In this document: piece by piece, positions 8,273 to 16,904 of the stretch
Position numbering within the stretch: the stretch's first letter is position 1
Layout: every line of letters starts with the position of its first letter
Source of the DNA: an uncultured virus (IMG/VR IMGVR_UViG_3300023174_008763)
Lineage: Duplodnaviria > Heunggongvirae > Uroviricota > Caudoviricetes
Direction: 5' to 3' (one strand)
Virus record (IMG/VR): IMGVR_UViG_3300023174_008763
Length of the DNA stretch: 20,000 bases
The notes under the pieces: model-generated
Told to the model about the DNA's origin: nothing
Databases searched by the model: none
Seen by the model: only the letters and a program-made list of their open reading frames with translations
Made by a program: the position numbers and the translations under genes

Positions 8273-8848
8273 ATGATACCCTTTGTGATTGAAAAAACAA
8301 GCTCCGGCGAGCGTTCTTATGATATTTGGAGTAGATTGCTCAAGGACAGAATTGTTTTCTTAGGCGACGATGTTAACGACGACACCGCCAATGCAATTAT
8401 TGCACAATTGTTATTTCTTGAGAAAGATGATCCAGATGCAGATATTCATTTTTACATAAACTCTCCCGGTGGAAGCGTTTATGCTGGTCTAGCAATCTAC
8501 GACGCCATGCAATTAATTAAATGTGATGTGTCAACCACATGCATCGGCATGGCGGCCTCTATGGGAGCAATTTTGCTTGCAGGTGGCACAAAAGGAAAAA
8601 GATATATCTTGCCAAATTCTCGCACAATGATACATCAAGTGAGTAGTGGTTTTCGTGGCACAGTTAAGGATATCAATGTTCAAGCCAAAGAAACTAATTT
8701 GCTCATGGATTCTCTAATGAATATTCTTTCTTGTCATACTGGCAAAGATATAGAAACAGTGAGAGATGATTGTGATAGAGACTGCTGGATGTCAGCAGAA
8801 GAAGCTTTGGCATATGGCCTAGTTGACGAAATCTTAAAACCATCTTAA
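8273..8848 (+). CDS. clpP: ATP-dependent Clp protease proteolytic subunit
   Basis: MIPFVIE N-terminus, '[15 protein letters not shown]', 'YINSPGG', and catalytic Ser (AASMG), His (MIHQ) and Asp (DRD). ATG 8273 lies 7 nt after CGTATA (ORF track start 8255). Confidence 0.96.
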   Translation: MIPFVIEKTSSGERSYDIWSRLLKDRIVFLGDDVNDDTANAIIAQLLFLEKDDPDADIHFYINSPGGSVYAGLAIYDAMQLIKCDVSTTCIGMAASMGAILLAGGTKGKRYILPNSRTMIHQVSSGFRGTVKDINVQAKETNLLMDSLMNILSCHTGKDIETVRDDCDRDCWMSAEEALAYGLVDEILKPS

Positions 8849-8849
8849 T

Positions 8850-8878
8850 TTCCCACCTTCACAAAATCTGAGTATATT
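8850..8878 (+). promoter_or_regulatory. Repeated promoter cassette copy 2
   Basis: TTCCCACCTTCACAAAATCTGAGTATATT. ATG 5 nt downstream (8884). Confidence 0.8.
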
Positions 8879-8883
8879 ATATC

Positions 8884-9453
8884 ATGCTACCAAAATTATT
8901 AGAAATAGCAAAATCAAAACCACAGGCTATTATATTTGACCTAGACGGAGTTTTGGTGGATTCATCAGAGCGTTTTAAGCGTCTTGATTTAAGCGCATTT
9001 GACAATCGAGATAAATCTGCCTATATTGAGTCAGTGAGACAATATTCAAAAGATTGTGTTGGTGATATAGTAATCCCCGAGGGGTTAAATCTTCTTAAAT
9101 CTTTAGTGGAATTAAGCCCCAACATATTCTTTGTCACAGCAAGGGGGGAAACGGGCAGAAATCCAACATTGGCCTGGATAAATGATAATATTTGCGATCC
9201 TCTGATTTTGGACAAATCCAGCAAAGTGTTTAATTGGTCTTTGATTATGCATCCAGAAAACTTGGATAATTATGATTTTTCCACACAGCACGATCACGCA
9301 GAATACAAAAAGAAAGAAGCTAAAAAACTAATGGAACAATATGAAATCATTTATGCTGTAGATGATTCTTGGCTAAATTGTGAAGCTTTCATTTCTTTGG
9401 ATATTACCACCTTGCATTTTGTAAAACCTAATCTTGGCAGAGTTTTAGTTTGA
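8884..9453 (+). CDS. HAD-family phosphatase (PNKP phosphatase-like)
   Basis: Motif I 'IIFDLDGVL', motif II 'FVTAR', a Lys, and motif IV 'AVDD'. Confidence 0.85.
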   Translation: MLPKLLEIAKSKPQAIIFDLDGVLVDSSERFKRLDLSAFDNRDKSAYIESVRQYSKDCVGDIVIPEGLNLLKSLVELSPNIFFVTARGETGRNPTLAWINDNICDPLILDKSSKVFNWSLIMHPENLDNYDFSTQHDHAEYKKKEAKKLMEQYEIIYAVDDSWLNCEAFISLDITTLHFVKPNLGRVLV

Positions 9454-9476
9454 TATGTCAAGATCGGCCCGATATT

Positions 9477-9505
9477 TTCCCACCTTCACACAATCTGAGT
9501 ATAAT
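9477..9505 (+). promoter_or_regulatory. Repeated promoter cassette copy 3
   Basis: TTCCCACCTTCACACAATCTGAGTATAAT. GTG 5 nt downstream (9511). Half-palindrome GGCCCG upstream. Confidence 0.85.
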
Positions 9506-9510
9506 AAAGC

Positions 9511-10089
9511 GTGAAAATAGAAAATAACAAAAAAGTTTGGTTTACCAGTGATAGCCACGCCTGTCATCGCAATATTATCAAATATAGCAACAGGCCTTTT
9601 AAGTGTGTGGATGAAATGAACACACAATTAGTAAAAAACTGGAATGAACTCGTGAAGCCTGGTGATTTAACTTTTCATCTTGGCGATTTTTGCTTTGGAG
9701 ATCTATCACAATGGGAAAATTTTAGAAACCAACTCAATGGTGATATAATCCTCATTAAAGGCAATCATGATAAACTGCAAAATGGTCAAATCAAGCATTT
9801 ATTTCAAGGAATTCACAATTTTCTTGAGATTGATGTGAAAGACGAAGATGCACCAAGTGGCTGGCAACATATCACACTTTGCCATTACGCTCTTAGAGTG
9901 TGGAATCGCTCACACTACGGTGCATATTCCCTTTTTGGTCACAGCCACGGAAGTCTACCAGATGATCTTAATTCATTATCGTTTGATGTGGGTGTGGATT
10001 GCCACAACTATAAACCAATATCATACAATCGTGTTAAAGAGATAATGGCAACAAAAACTTTTAATCCAATCGATCACCACGGAAATTGA
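9511..10089 (+). CDS. Calcineurin-like metallophosphoesterase
   Basis: DxH (TSDSH), GD (HLGDF), GNHD, CHY and GHSH motifs, plus 'DVGVD'. Confidence 0.92.
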   Translation: MKIENNKKVWFTSDSHACHRNIIKYSNRPFKCVDEMNTQLVKNWNELVKPGDLTFHLGDFCFGDLSQWENFRNQLNGDIILIKGNHDKLQNGQIKHLFQGIHNFLEIDVKDEDAPSGWQHITLCHYALRVWNRSHYGAYSLFGHSHGSLPDDLNSLSFDVGVDCHNYKPISYNRVKEIMATKTFNPIDHHGN

Positions 10090-10112
10090 CCTAAATACAC
10101 AGAACACTATAA

Positions 10113-11417
10113 ATGTTGAATAAAAATATAACAATATGCTTAATTTCTTTAAGCACCATAGGCTATTCACAAGAATTCAATACACAATTTGGTTCTGTGC
10201 AATATAAAATAAACCCAGATAACACAATCTCATATCTGGGCTCAAATATTCATTATAAATTCGACCAATTTGCTTATAAGGTGGACATGAATAATAAATC
10301 CACTATACACAATCTGTCATACAATGGCGATTTTTGGTCTATTAATTTGAATAAAATTACAGGTGAAAACCCCGCCTTTGTTTCTTCTTTCAAATTTAAA
10401 GATTTTTCTTTTGTTGATCAGCAGCTTATGAATCAGCAAATCAGAAGCTTTTCATATTCCAGTAAAGGTACACAATTAGATTATATCTCTGCTAAAAACC
10501 CCCTCACATTCAAAGATTATTGGAATAGAAATATTCTTTCAAAAAGTTATTTTTTTATGAACTACAAAGGTGGATCTGCAAAATTCATTGACGATTATTA
10601 TGATGTGAATTTAAATTTTGGCCCGATAAATCTACTGCGCGCACATTCTAGTACACAATCTGAAAACAATCTACAATACAAAGATAAGACCATTTCATTA
10701 AAATGGTCTAATTTCGATAATGCAAAAAATCAAAAAGATTTTATTGATGTTTCTTCAAAAACATTTTCCCTAAAATCTGTTAGCGATGCAAACATCAGTG
10801 CCCAAATGCTTACATTTGGTTTTACCACTCTGGCCCACAATGATTCTCAAAATTATGTTCAATCCAAATTGGGAGATTTATCATATAAAGTGGCACAATA
10901 TAAAAATCAAATTGACTATGGATTCACCTACAAGGGTTTATCTTACAATAATAAGCAATGGTTCTACACATTCGCCCCAAATAAAGATTTGTCATTTCAG
11001 ATTGGGTCAGATGGCAAAATTCATAACACAACATATAATGTAAAAATCAAAGATACAAATGTGTCTTTAAAATATACAGACAAATTCGATGTGTACGATT
11101 TTTATTTCAATCAAGGTGTATTCAATGTTTACGACAATAGTTTTAATATGATTGGTAGCTCAAACACTCAATACAAAAACAGCACATCAATTATGATTAA
11201 CAATTCTTTGTGCTCTTTTAATATTGATGCTATTAATGATTTATGGAATTTGAATTTTAAAGCCAATAAGGAATTTAGTTTTGGCTATCTAAAGGATCAA
11301 AAAAACAATCACATCAGTCTTTCTGATGCCTCAAAATACGGAACCATCACAATTGGGTACAATGTTGATAAAGAGAAAATCGACAGATTGGGTGTGAATT
11401 TTAATTTCAGATTCTGA
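10113..11417 (+). CDS. Secreted beta-rich protein, possible outer-membrane protein
   Basis: Signal-peptide-like N-terminus, many short aromatic beta strands, and C-terminal LGVNFNFRF with terminal Phe (beta-signal-like). Confidence 0.6.
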   Translation: MLNKNITICLISLSTIGYSQEFNTQFGSVQYKINPDNTISYLGSNIHYKFDQFAYKVDMNNKSTIHNLSYNGDFWSINLNKITGENPAFVSSFKFKDFSFVDQQLMNQQIRSFSYSSKGTQLDYISAKNPLTFKDYWNRNILSKSYFFMNYKGGSAKFIDDYYDVNLNFGPINLLRAHSSTQSENNLQYKDKTISLKWSNFDNAKNQKDFIDVSSKTFSLKSVSDANISAQMLTFGFTTLAHNDSQNYVQSKLGDLSYKVAQYKNQIDYGFTYKGLSYNNKQWFYTFAPNKDLSFQIGSDGKIHNTTYNVKIKDTNVSLKYTDKFDVYDFYFNQGVFNVYDNSFNMIGSSNTQYKNSTSIMINNSLCSFNIDAINDLWNLNFKANKEFSFGYLKDQKNNHISLSDASKYGTITIGYNVDKEKIDRLGVNFNFRF

Positions 11418-11422
11418 TTTAC

Positions 11423-11458
11423 AAAAAAGGAGGGCTGCCGCCCTCCTAATTATTTTTT
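11423..11458. terminator. Rho-independent terminator between convergent genes (best for dnaK)
   Basis: AGGAGGGC-TGCC-GCCCTCCT stem. The A-run on the left gives the U-tail on the minus strand. Confidence 0.85.
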
Positions 11459-11467
11459 AATCAATAG

Positions 11468-13318
11468 TTAATTTTGCTCGTCTACCACTTCGGCTTCAAT
11501 TACTTCTTCAGGCGAGACAGATTGTGTTTGTTCGTAAAGTTTGCTACTCAAAGCATGAGATGCAGTGAGTAATTTACTTTTAGCATCAGCAATTTTGTCC
11601 TTGTCATTTTCCTTAAGTGCTTCTTCAGCTACAGTAATAGCCTCTAGTACTGGATCGATCAGAGATGAGTCTTGCTTGTCTTTCTGTTCTTCACAAGTAG
11701 TTTTCATGTTAGAGCAAAGCATCTCAAGCTCATTTTTGTCAAGGATAAATTGCTTTGCTTCTTTGTCAGCTTCGGCATATTCTTCCGCTTCTTTAACCAT
11801 CTTGTCTATTTCATCTTGTGTAAGGTTTGATGAGCCAGAAATAGTAATAGAATTCGATTTGCCCGTACCCAAATCTTTTGCTTTAACCTCCAGAATTCCT
11901 GAATTATTTACGCTTAGTTCCACTTCAATTTGGGGCACTCCACGCTTTGCTTGAGGAATTCCAGAAAGTCTAAAAGTACCCAAGATTTTGTTGTCTTTTG
12001 TCAAAGGTCTTTCACCTGTTGCGATGACAATATCCACTGATTCTTGCCCATCCACTGCTGTGCTAAACACTTCTTTTCTACTTGTTGGAATTGTGCTATT
12101 TTTAGGAACAAGAATGTGATGGATTCCACCATTGGTTTCAATACCAAAGCTTAGGCTTGTAACATCCGCCAGAAGAATACTTCCATTTCCTTCAAGGGTT
12201 TTTGCCAATTCACAGGCACCTTCAGCAACAGCAAGATCCACGTTTACACCTTTACTTGCTGAAACACCAATCATATCTTCGATTAATTTGACTACACATG
12301 GAACTCTTGTTGATCCTCCCACTAGCAAAATCTCTTTGATTTTTGATTTATCAGTGTTGTTGAGCACATCTTCCACCGGTTTTTTAATTCTTTCAAGTAA
12401 ATCAGAAATTAAACTTTCAAATTTACTTCTCGAAAGATCAAGATTCAAATGAACTGGCTGATTATCAACCGATGTAATGAACGGAATATTGATATTTGAG
12501 CTTACTTGTGAAGAAAGTTCACATTTTGCTTTTTCAGCAGCATCTCTAATTCTTTGCAATGCGGCTCCATCTTTACTTAAATCTACACCACTTTCTTTCT
12601 TGAATTCTTGAATAATCCAGTCCATGATTTTTTGGTCAAAATCATCACCGCCCAATCTGCTATCTCCCGAAGAAGCCAATACTTGATAAAAATCATCATC
12701 GCTACTTAATTCTAAAAGTGTAACATCAAAGGTTCCGCCGCCAAGGTCATACACCAAAACTAATCCATCAGATTTCGAGTTGTTTCCATAAGCAAGTGCC
12801 GCCGCTGTAGGTTCATTGATTACTCTAAGAACATTTAAGCCGCAAATAGCTCCAGCATTTTTTGTTGCCACCCTTTGGTCTTGATTAAAATACGCTGGCA
12901 CTGTTATAATAGCATCTGTTACCGTTTCACCCAGATAATCTTCAGCGCACTTTTTTAAATATCCAAGGACAAAGCTAGAAAGTTGCTCTGGTGTAAAATC
13001 TTTATCTAAAATTGGACATTCCACCACTGCAAGGCCTTTTTCATTAGCCTTGATTGTGTAAGATGTTTTTTCATCTTTAATTTCCTCAAATGTGTGGCCC
13101 ATCAAACGCTTAAAAGAACTAAAGGTATTTTTAAAATTAGTGATTTGCTGTCTCTTTGCCACTTGTCCCACTAGTTTTTCACCATCTTTCTTAAATGCCA
13201 CTGCGCTAGGTGTGGTGTTACTTCCTAAATCATTGGGTATTACCGTTCTCACTCCACCAATGTTAGCGCAAACTACCGAATTAGAAGTTCCGAGGTCTAT
13301 TGCGATTATTTTACTCAT
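11468..13318 (-). CDS. dnaK: Hsp70 chaperone DnaK
   Basis: IDLGTSNS, TVPAYFN, INEPTAAALAYG, YDLGGGTFD, LGGDDFD, LVGGSTRVP and RGVPQIEV. SD GGAG upstream. Confidence 0.97.
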   Translation of the reverse strand: MSKIIAIDLGTSNSVVCANIGGVRTVIPNDLGSNTTPSAVAFKKDGEKLVGQVAKRQQITNFKNTFSSFKRLMGHTFEEIKDEKTSYTIKANEKGLAVVECPILDKDFTPEQLSSFVLGYLKKCAEDYLGETVTDAIITVPAYFNQDQRVATKNAGAICGLNVLRVINEPTAAALAYGNNSKSDGLVLVYDLGGGTFDVTLLELSSDDDFYQVLASSGDSRLGGDDFDQKIMDWIIQEFKKESGVDLSKDGAALQRIRDAAEKAKCELSSQVSSNINIPFITSVDNQPVHLNLDLSRSKFESLISDLLERIKKPVEDVLNNTDKSKIKEILLVGGSTRVPCVVKLIEDMIGVSASKGVNVDLAVAEGACELAKTLEGNGSILLADVTSLSFGIETNGGIHHILVPKNSTIPTSRKEVFSTAVDGQESVDIVIATGERPLTKDNKILGTFRLSGIPQAKRGVPQIEVELSVNNSGILEVKAKDLGTGKSNSITISGSSNLTQDEIDKMVKEAEEYAEADKEAKQFILDKNELEMLCSNMKTTCEEQKDKQDSSLIDPVLEAITVAEEALKENDKDKIADAKSKLLTASHALSSKLYEQTQSVSPEEVIEAEVVDEQN

Positions 13319-13410
13319 AATTTTTATTCTCCAAAATTAGCATTCTCGCTAATTGTTAGAATATATTATACAGTTTTTTTGAGATTGTGTTTAGGTTTTT
13401 CGCGTATATT

Positions 13411-13478
13411 ATGTATGCGTGGAAGACCCAGGCACCACGGGAATTTGCTGATCTACGTGGAGCTGGAACGCAATTCAT
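13411..13478 (+). ncRNA. Candidate unannotated structured RNA
   Basis: GC-rich nested stems TGCGT/ACGCA, CCAG/CTGG and CCACG/CGTGG. The TGCGT arm starts 7 nt after CGTATA (13403-13408). Confidence 0.45.
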
Positions 13479-13480
13479 TA

Positions 13481-13530
13481 GGCCAAATTTGGCCCGCAAT
13501 TTTCCCACCTTCACACAATCTGAGTATAAT
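13481..13530 (+). promoter_or_regulatory. Repeated promoter cassette copy 4 with upstream palindrome
   Basis: GGCCAAATTTGGCC (13481-13494), then TTCCCA (13502)-N17-TATAAT (13525). ATG 5 nt downstream. Confidence 0.85.
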
Positions 13531-13535
13531 AAATT

Positions 13536-13844
13536 ATGAAAAATTTAATTATTTTAATAGTCGCAATTCTTTTTGTTTCAGGTTGCGCTACCGAAAATAA
13601 AAACCAAGTTCAAAAAAATCAAATTCTACCTTTGCTTAATAAAATAAAGCTTGGGCAAAGTGAGAAGGAAATAATTAATTTATTTGGTGAGCCAGACAAT
13701 TATGTTCAAGAAGTAGATAAAAAAAGCCATGCAATTATCACGCATTTAGATTATTTCAGTTCCAATAATAACATTAATTGTTTTAGGTTTATTTTTTTGA
13801 ACGATAAATTATTTAAATACGATTTAACAAATTTATCCAAGTGA
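13536..13844 (+). CDS. Lipoprotein, SmpA/BamE-like domain
   Basis: Lipobox LFVSG|C and 'KIKLGQSEKEIINLFGEPD' (GM[ST]..EV...LG.P pattern). Confidence 0.7.
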   Translation: MKNLIILIVAILFVSGCATENKNQVQKNQILPLLNKIKLGQSEKEIINLFGEPDNYVQEVDKKSHAIITHLDYFSSNNNINCFRFIFLNDKLFKYDLTNLSK

Positions 13845-13913
13845 AATGGACTGTGACCGTCTTAATTTATTTTTTAGGAGATAGACAAACCGAAACAATT
13901 ACACAGTCCATTT
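13844..13913 (-). other. 70-nt element closed by a 12-bp perfect inverted repeat (candidate small RNA)
   Basis: AAATGGACTGTG (13844-13855) pairs with CACAGTCCATTT (13902-13913). Minus-strand TGTATAAT immediately upstream. Confidence 0.45.
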
Positions 13914-14005
13914 TAATTATACAAAAAAAGAAAAATATTTCTTTCACTTGATTTGCGATATTATAATGATAACACACCAAATCAAGATAACCCGGTAAAC
14001 AAACT

Positions 14006-15359
14006 ATGTCAGCAAAAAAAACAAAAGATCAATTTATTTTAGAAGCAATCGCCAAACATGGTGATAAATATGATTATAGTAAAGTGGAATATGAAGGCCG
14101 TAATAAAGAAGTTATAATTTTGTGCAAACAGCATGGTGGTGAGTTTAATCAAAAACCCTCTAACCACTTAAGTAGTGGTTGTAGTGTTTGTTCAGGAAAA
14201 AAAACATTAGAAGGTTTTAATGATTTACAAACTAAAAATCCAAAATTAGCAAAAGAATGGCATCCTACTAAAAATGTTGACTTGAAACCTACAGATGTCA
14301 CTTCTAGTTCAAATAAAATAGTATGGTGGCTAGGAGAATGCGGACACGAATGGGAAGCCTCAGTTAAAAATCGAAGCAAGGGAACTAGATGCTTAGATTG
14401 TTTTGGCAACAAAAAAAAGACATTCAAATATGTTAAAGAGCAAATCGAAATAGAAGGATTCAAGCTTTTATCAGATAGTTATGAAAAAGCTCATCAAAAA
14501 TTACAAATAAAGTGCCCAAATGGACACGAGTATAAGGTTACTTGGGGCAGTTGGCAACAAGGAACAAGATGCAAAGATTGTAAAGGGTTAAAAAAACATA
14601 GTTATCAAGATGTAAAAAACCATTTTGAGTCAGAAGGATATATACTTTTTTCCGACAGTTATGGAAATAACAAACAAAAATTACAAGTAAGCTGCCCAAA
14701 CGGGCATTCTTGGGAAGTATCTCGGGGATCATTTTTTTTTCAAAAAAACTCGATGCTCCGAATGCGACGGCAACAAAAAAAAGACATTCAAATATGTTAA
14801 AGAGCAAATCGAAATAGAAGGATTCAAGCTTTTATCAGATAGTTATGAAAAAGCTCATCAAAAATTACAAATAAAGTGCCCAAATGGACACGAGTATAAG
14901 GTTACTTGGGGCAGTTGGCAACAAGGAACAAGATGCAAAAAGTGTAACCTTTCACGCGGCGAAAAAATCATAAATCATATTTTGAAGACTTTTAATTATG
15001 TATATGAAACTGAATATACAAATGATTTGATAAAAAATAAAAATAAACTTAAGTTTGATTTTGCAATTTATGATAAAGATCAAAATTTAAAATGTTTGAT
15101 TGAATTCAATGGAATTCAGCATTATGAATTTATTGAACATTTTCATAAAGATAAAAATAGTTTTGGTCTATATAAAAACCGCGACAAAATCAAAATCGAA
15201 AAATGCAAGCAATTGAAAATACCTTTGCTGATTTTCACGGATCTTGATCTAAATAATTCAAAAACTGATTTAGTTTTGGAAAGTAAAAATAAATTATTTT
15301 CTTTTATTGAAAACCCTATCACAGATTATGGTTTTCATTATGAACTTTTAAGTGAATAA
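14006..15359 (+). pseudogene. Zinc-ribbon-repeat, PD-(D/E)xK (Vsr/DUF559-like) putative homing endonuclease split by a +1 frameshift
   Basis: 'KHGDKYDYSKVEY', 'LAKEWHPTKN...VWW..ECGHEW', repeated CPNGH...RCxxC modules and C-terminal 'FDFAI...LIEFNGIQHY'. Removing one base from T9-C-A7 (14732-14748) joins ORFs 14006 and 14982. Confidence 0.8.
14405..14939 (+). repeat. 171-bp identical direct repeat (14405-14575 and 14769-14939)
   Basis: The copies read identical. The offset of 364 (3n+1) independently shows one extra base between them. Confidence 0.9.
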
Positions 15360-15418
15360 AATCATTAAATATTGCTATAAAATTCAAGTACCTTCACCAC
15401 ACAATCCGTATAAAAACT

Positions 15419-16279
15419 ATGAAAACAAAAATTTTAATTCTATTATCTCTATATCTCTCTATTTTAATTCTATTATCTCTATATCTCTCTATTTTATTTT
15501 GTCAACCAGCATTTGCGCATAATTATCAAACAAATGACAAAATTTCATTTCAAGGCGTTACCTTGGGTATGAGGCCATATGAGGTGTTTTCTATTATCGG
15601 CAAGCCTGACTACAAAGAGGGCAATCTAGCCTCTAAAAAAGGTGGGTATTGTATTTTCTTATACAACTATGACCATTCTAATACTTTGAGTTTTTTGTTT
15701 GAAACAAAAAATGGTTTGGTCTGCAATATGTCGGCAATGATTTACAAGTCTAAAACAAAAAATCACCGTAATAATTTTTCATTTCCAAATAATGTTAATT
15801 CCACATCTTATAGTGATTTTACAAATGCTTATGGCGATTCAATTGACAAAGATTCAATTATTTTCTCTAATGGAATGACAATTGATTTAAATAAAGATGG
15901 AGAAGTGTTTTTTGTTAATTATGGATATAATTCATTAAATCTTGCAAAAGATATTTTGAATTACCAAAATAAATCAGATTATGGACTAATTGTCTCCGAT
16001 TCTACTAGCACTAGTTGTTTCAGCAAAGAAAACCCAGAAAATATTTCATCCACTGAAACCACTGGGTTTGTGAAAAATTTCAGGAATATTAGTGTTGATA
16101 TCAAAATCAGGGTGATTTTTAGAGATAATAAAACAAACAAATTTATCGGTGCGTGTGAATCGGTAGAAAAAGATGTAAACCCTAATGAAAAAAGATATTT
16201 TTCTGTAATTGGTGGAGAATTATATATCCCTAAAACTTACAAAGTTGTCTACGAATTCGAATTATCTTCAAATAACTAA
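15419..16279 (+). CDS. Secreted protein with SmpA-like and FxLYD-like segments
   Basis: Signal peptide ending AFA, 'GVTLGMRPYEVFSIIGKPD', and C-terminal 'TGFVKN...IRVIFRD...IG...DVNPNEKRYFSV'. Confidence 0.6.
   Translation: MKTKILILLSLYLSILILLSLYLSILFCQPAFAHNYQTNDKISFQGVTLGMRPYEVFSIIGKPDYKEGNLASKKGGYCIFLYNYDHSNTLSFLFETKNGLVCNMSAMIYKSKTKNHRNNFSFPNNVNSTSYSDFTNAYGDSIDKDSIIFSNGMTIDLNKDGEVFFVNYGYNSLNLAKDILNYQNKSDYGLIVSDSTSTSCFSKENPENISSTETTGFVKNFRNISVDIKIRVIFRDNKTNKFIGACESVEKDVNPNEKRYFSVIGGELYIPKTYKVVYEFELSSNN
15431..15490 (+). repeat. 30-bp perfect tandem duplication in the signal peptide
   Basis: ATTTTAATTCTATTATCTCTATATCTCTCT x2 (ILILLSLYLS x2). Confidence 0.95.
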
Positions 16280-16312
16280 AACGCCCACCCCAAATAATTC
16301 GTATACATTTAT

Positions 16313-16813
16313 ATGTCTACACATATTTCTAATCACATCATCGTCACCGGAAAGCAAGAAGAACTCGATATTGTCAAGCAAATTTTTTCTTGCTTTGACA
16401 AACCAAAGGCACTTAATGATTTAGTAGCCCATTCACATTTGTTTTCGCAAAAGTGCGATGAGCTTGAATCATCGATTTCTTCAAAAGAAGAACGACAAAA
16501 CGCATTTTTTGAATTATTTAAAGATTATAATAAAGAAACATCCACTGATGATGAATCTTTGTGTGCATTTTACTCGCTTTGGCTCACATGGCTCTCAAAT
16601 GCTGAAATTAGTTCAGATGAAAAGAGCATTGATTTAAAGTTGGCTACACGCACCTATAATTTTTTTGATTTCTTGAATTTAATCGCAGGAATATATAATG
16701 AGTTGGAAATTCATTATCATATGGATGCTTTTGGTGTTGAAAGCAAAAGCTATGTGTGGAAAAATGGTGAACTAGTAGAAACTACCACTGGTGAAAGTGC
16801 TTCTTCTGATTAA
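16313..16813 (+). CDS. Hypothetical protein (possibly YubB/DUF1281 ferredoxin-like)
   Basis: N-terminal 'MSTHISNHIIVTG' resembles the MPNW..N.L.I.G start of that family. Confidence 0.5.
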   Translation: MSTHISNHIIVTGKQEELDIVKQIFSCFDKPKALNDLVAHSHLFSQKCDELESSISSKEERQNAFFELFKDYNKETSTDDESLCAFYSLWLTWLSNAEISSDEKSIDLKLATRTYNFFDFLNLIAGIYNELEIHYHMDAFGVESKSYVWKNGELVETTTGESASSD

Positions 16814-16848
16814 TCAGGCACCAAAGAAATTTTAATATGCTTTTAATG

Positions 16849-16898
16849 CGGGCCAAATTTGGCCCGATTTTCCCACCTTCACACAATCTGAGTATAAT
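16849..16898 (+). promoter_or_regulatory. Repeated promoter cassette copy 5 with 18-bp palindrome
   Basis: CGGGCCAAATTTGGCCCG (16849-16866), then TTCCCA (16870)-N17-TATAAT (16893). ATG 6 nt downstream. Confidence 0.85.
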
Positions 16899-16904
16899 AA
16901 GAAT

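Noticed and set aside
11565..13340. Plus-strand ORFs 11565, 12132 and 13092
   Set aside because: Antisense shadows of dnaK.
13337..13363. CIRCE/HrcA operator upstream of dnaK
   Set aside because: Only one arm matches (TTAGCATTC); the other arm matches 3/9. At most a half-site or the small AATTAGC/GCTAATT hairpin.
13379..13600. 73-aa ORF
   Set aside because: Runs through the hairpin RNA, palindrome and promoter cassette, and overlaps the lipoprotein gene out of frame.
13411..13913. Y RNA partner for Ro60 among the two hairpin RNAs
   Set aside because: Neither shows the bulged Ro-binding helix or a tRNA-like domain.
14405..14939. Diversity-generating retroelement TR/VR pair
   Set aside because: The copies are identical with no adenine-specific differences, and there is no reverse transcriptase in the window.
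3582..16898. CRISPR array from the 29-bp repeats
   Set aside because: Copies are hundreds of bases to kilobases apart and each sits directly before a gene. There is no spacer periodicity and no cas gene.
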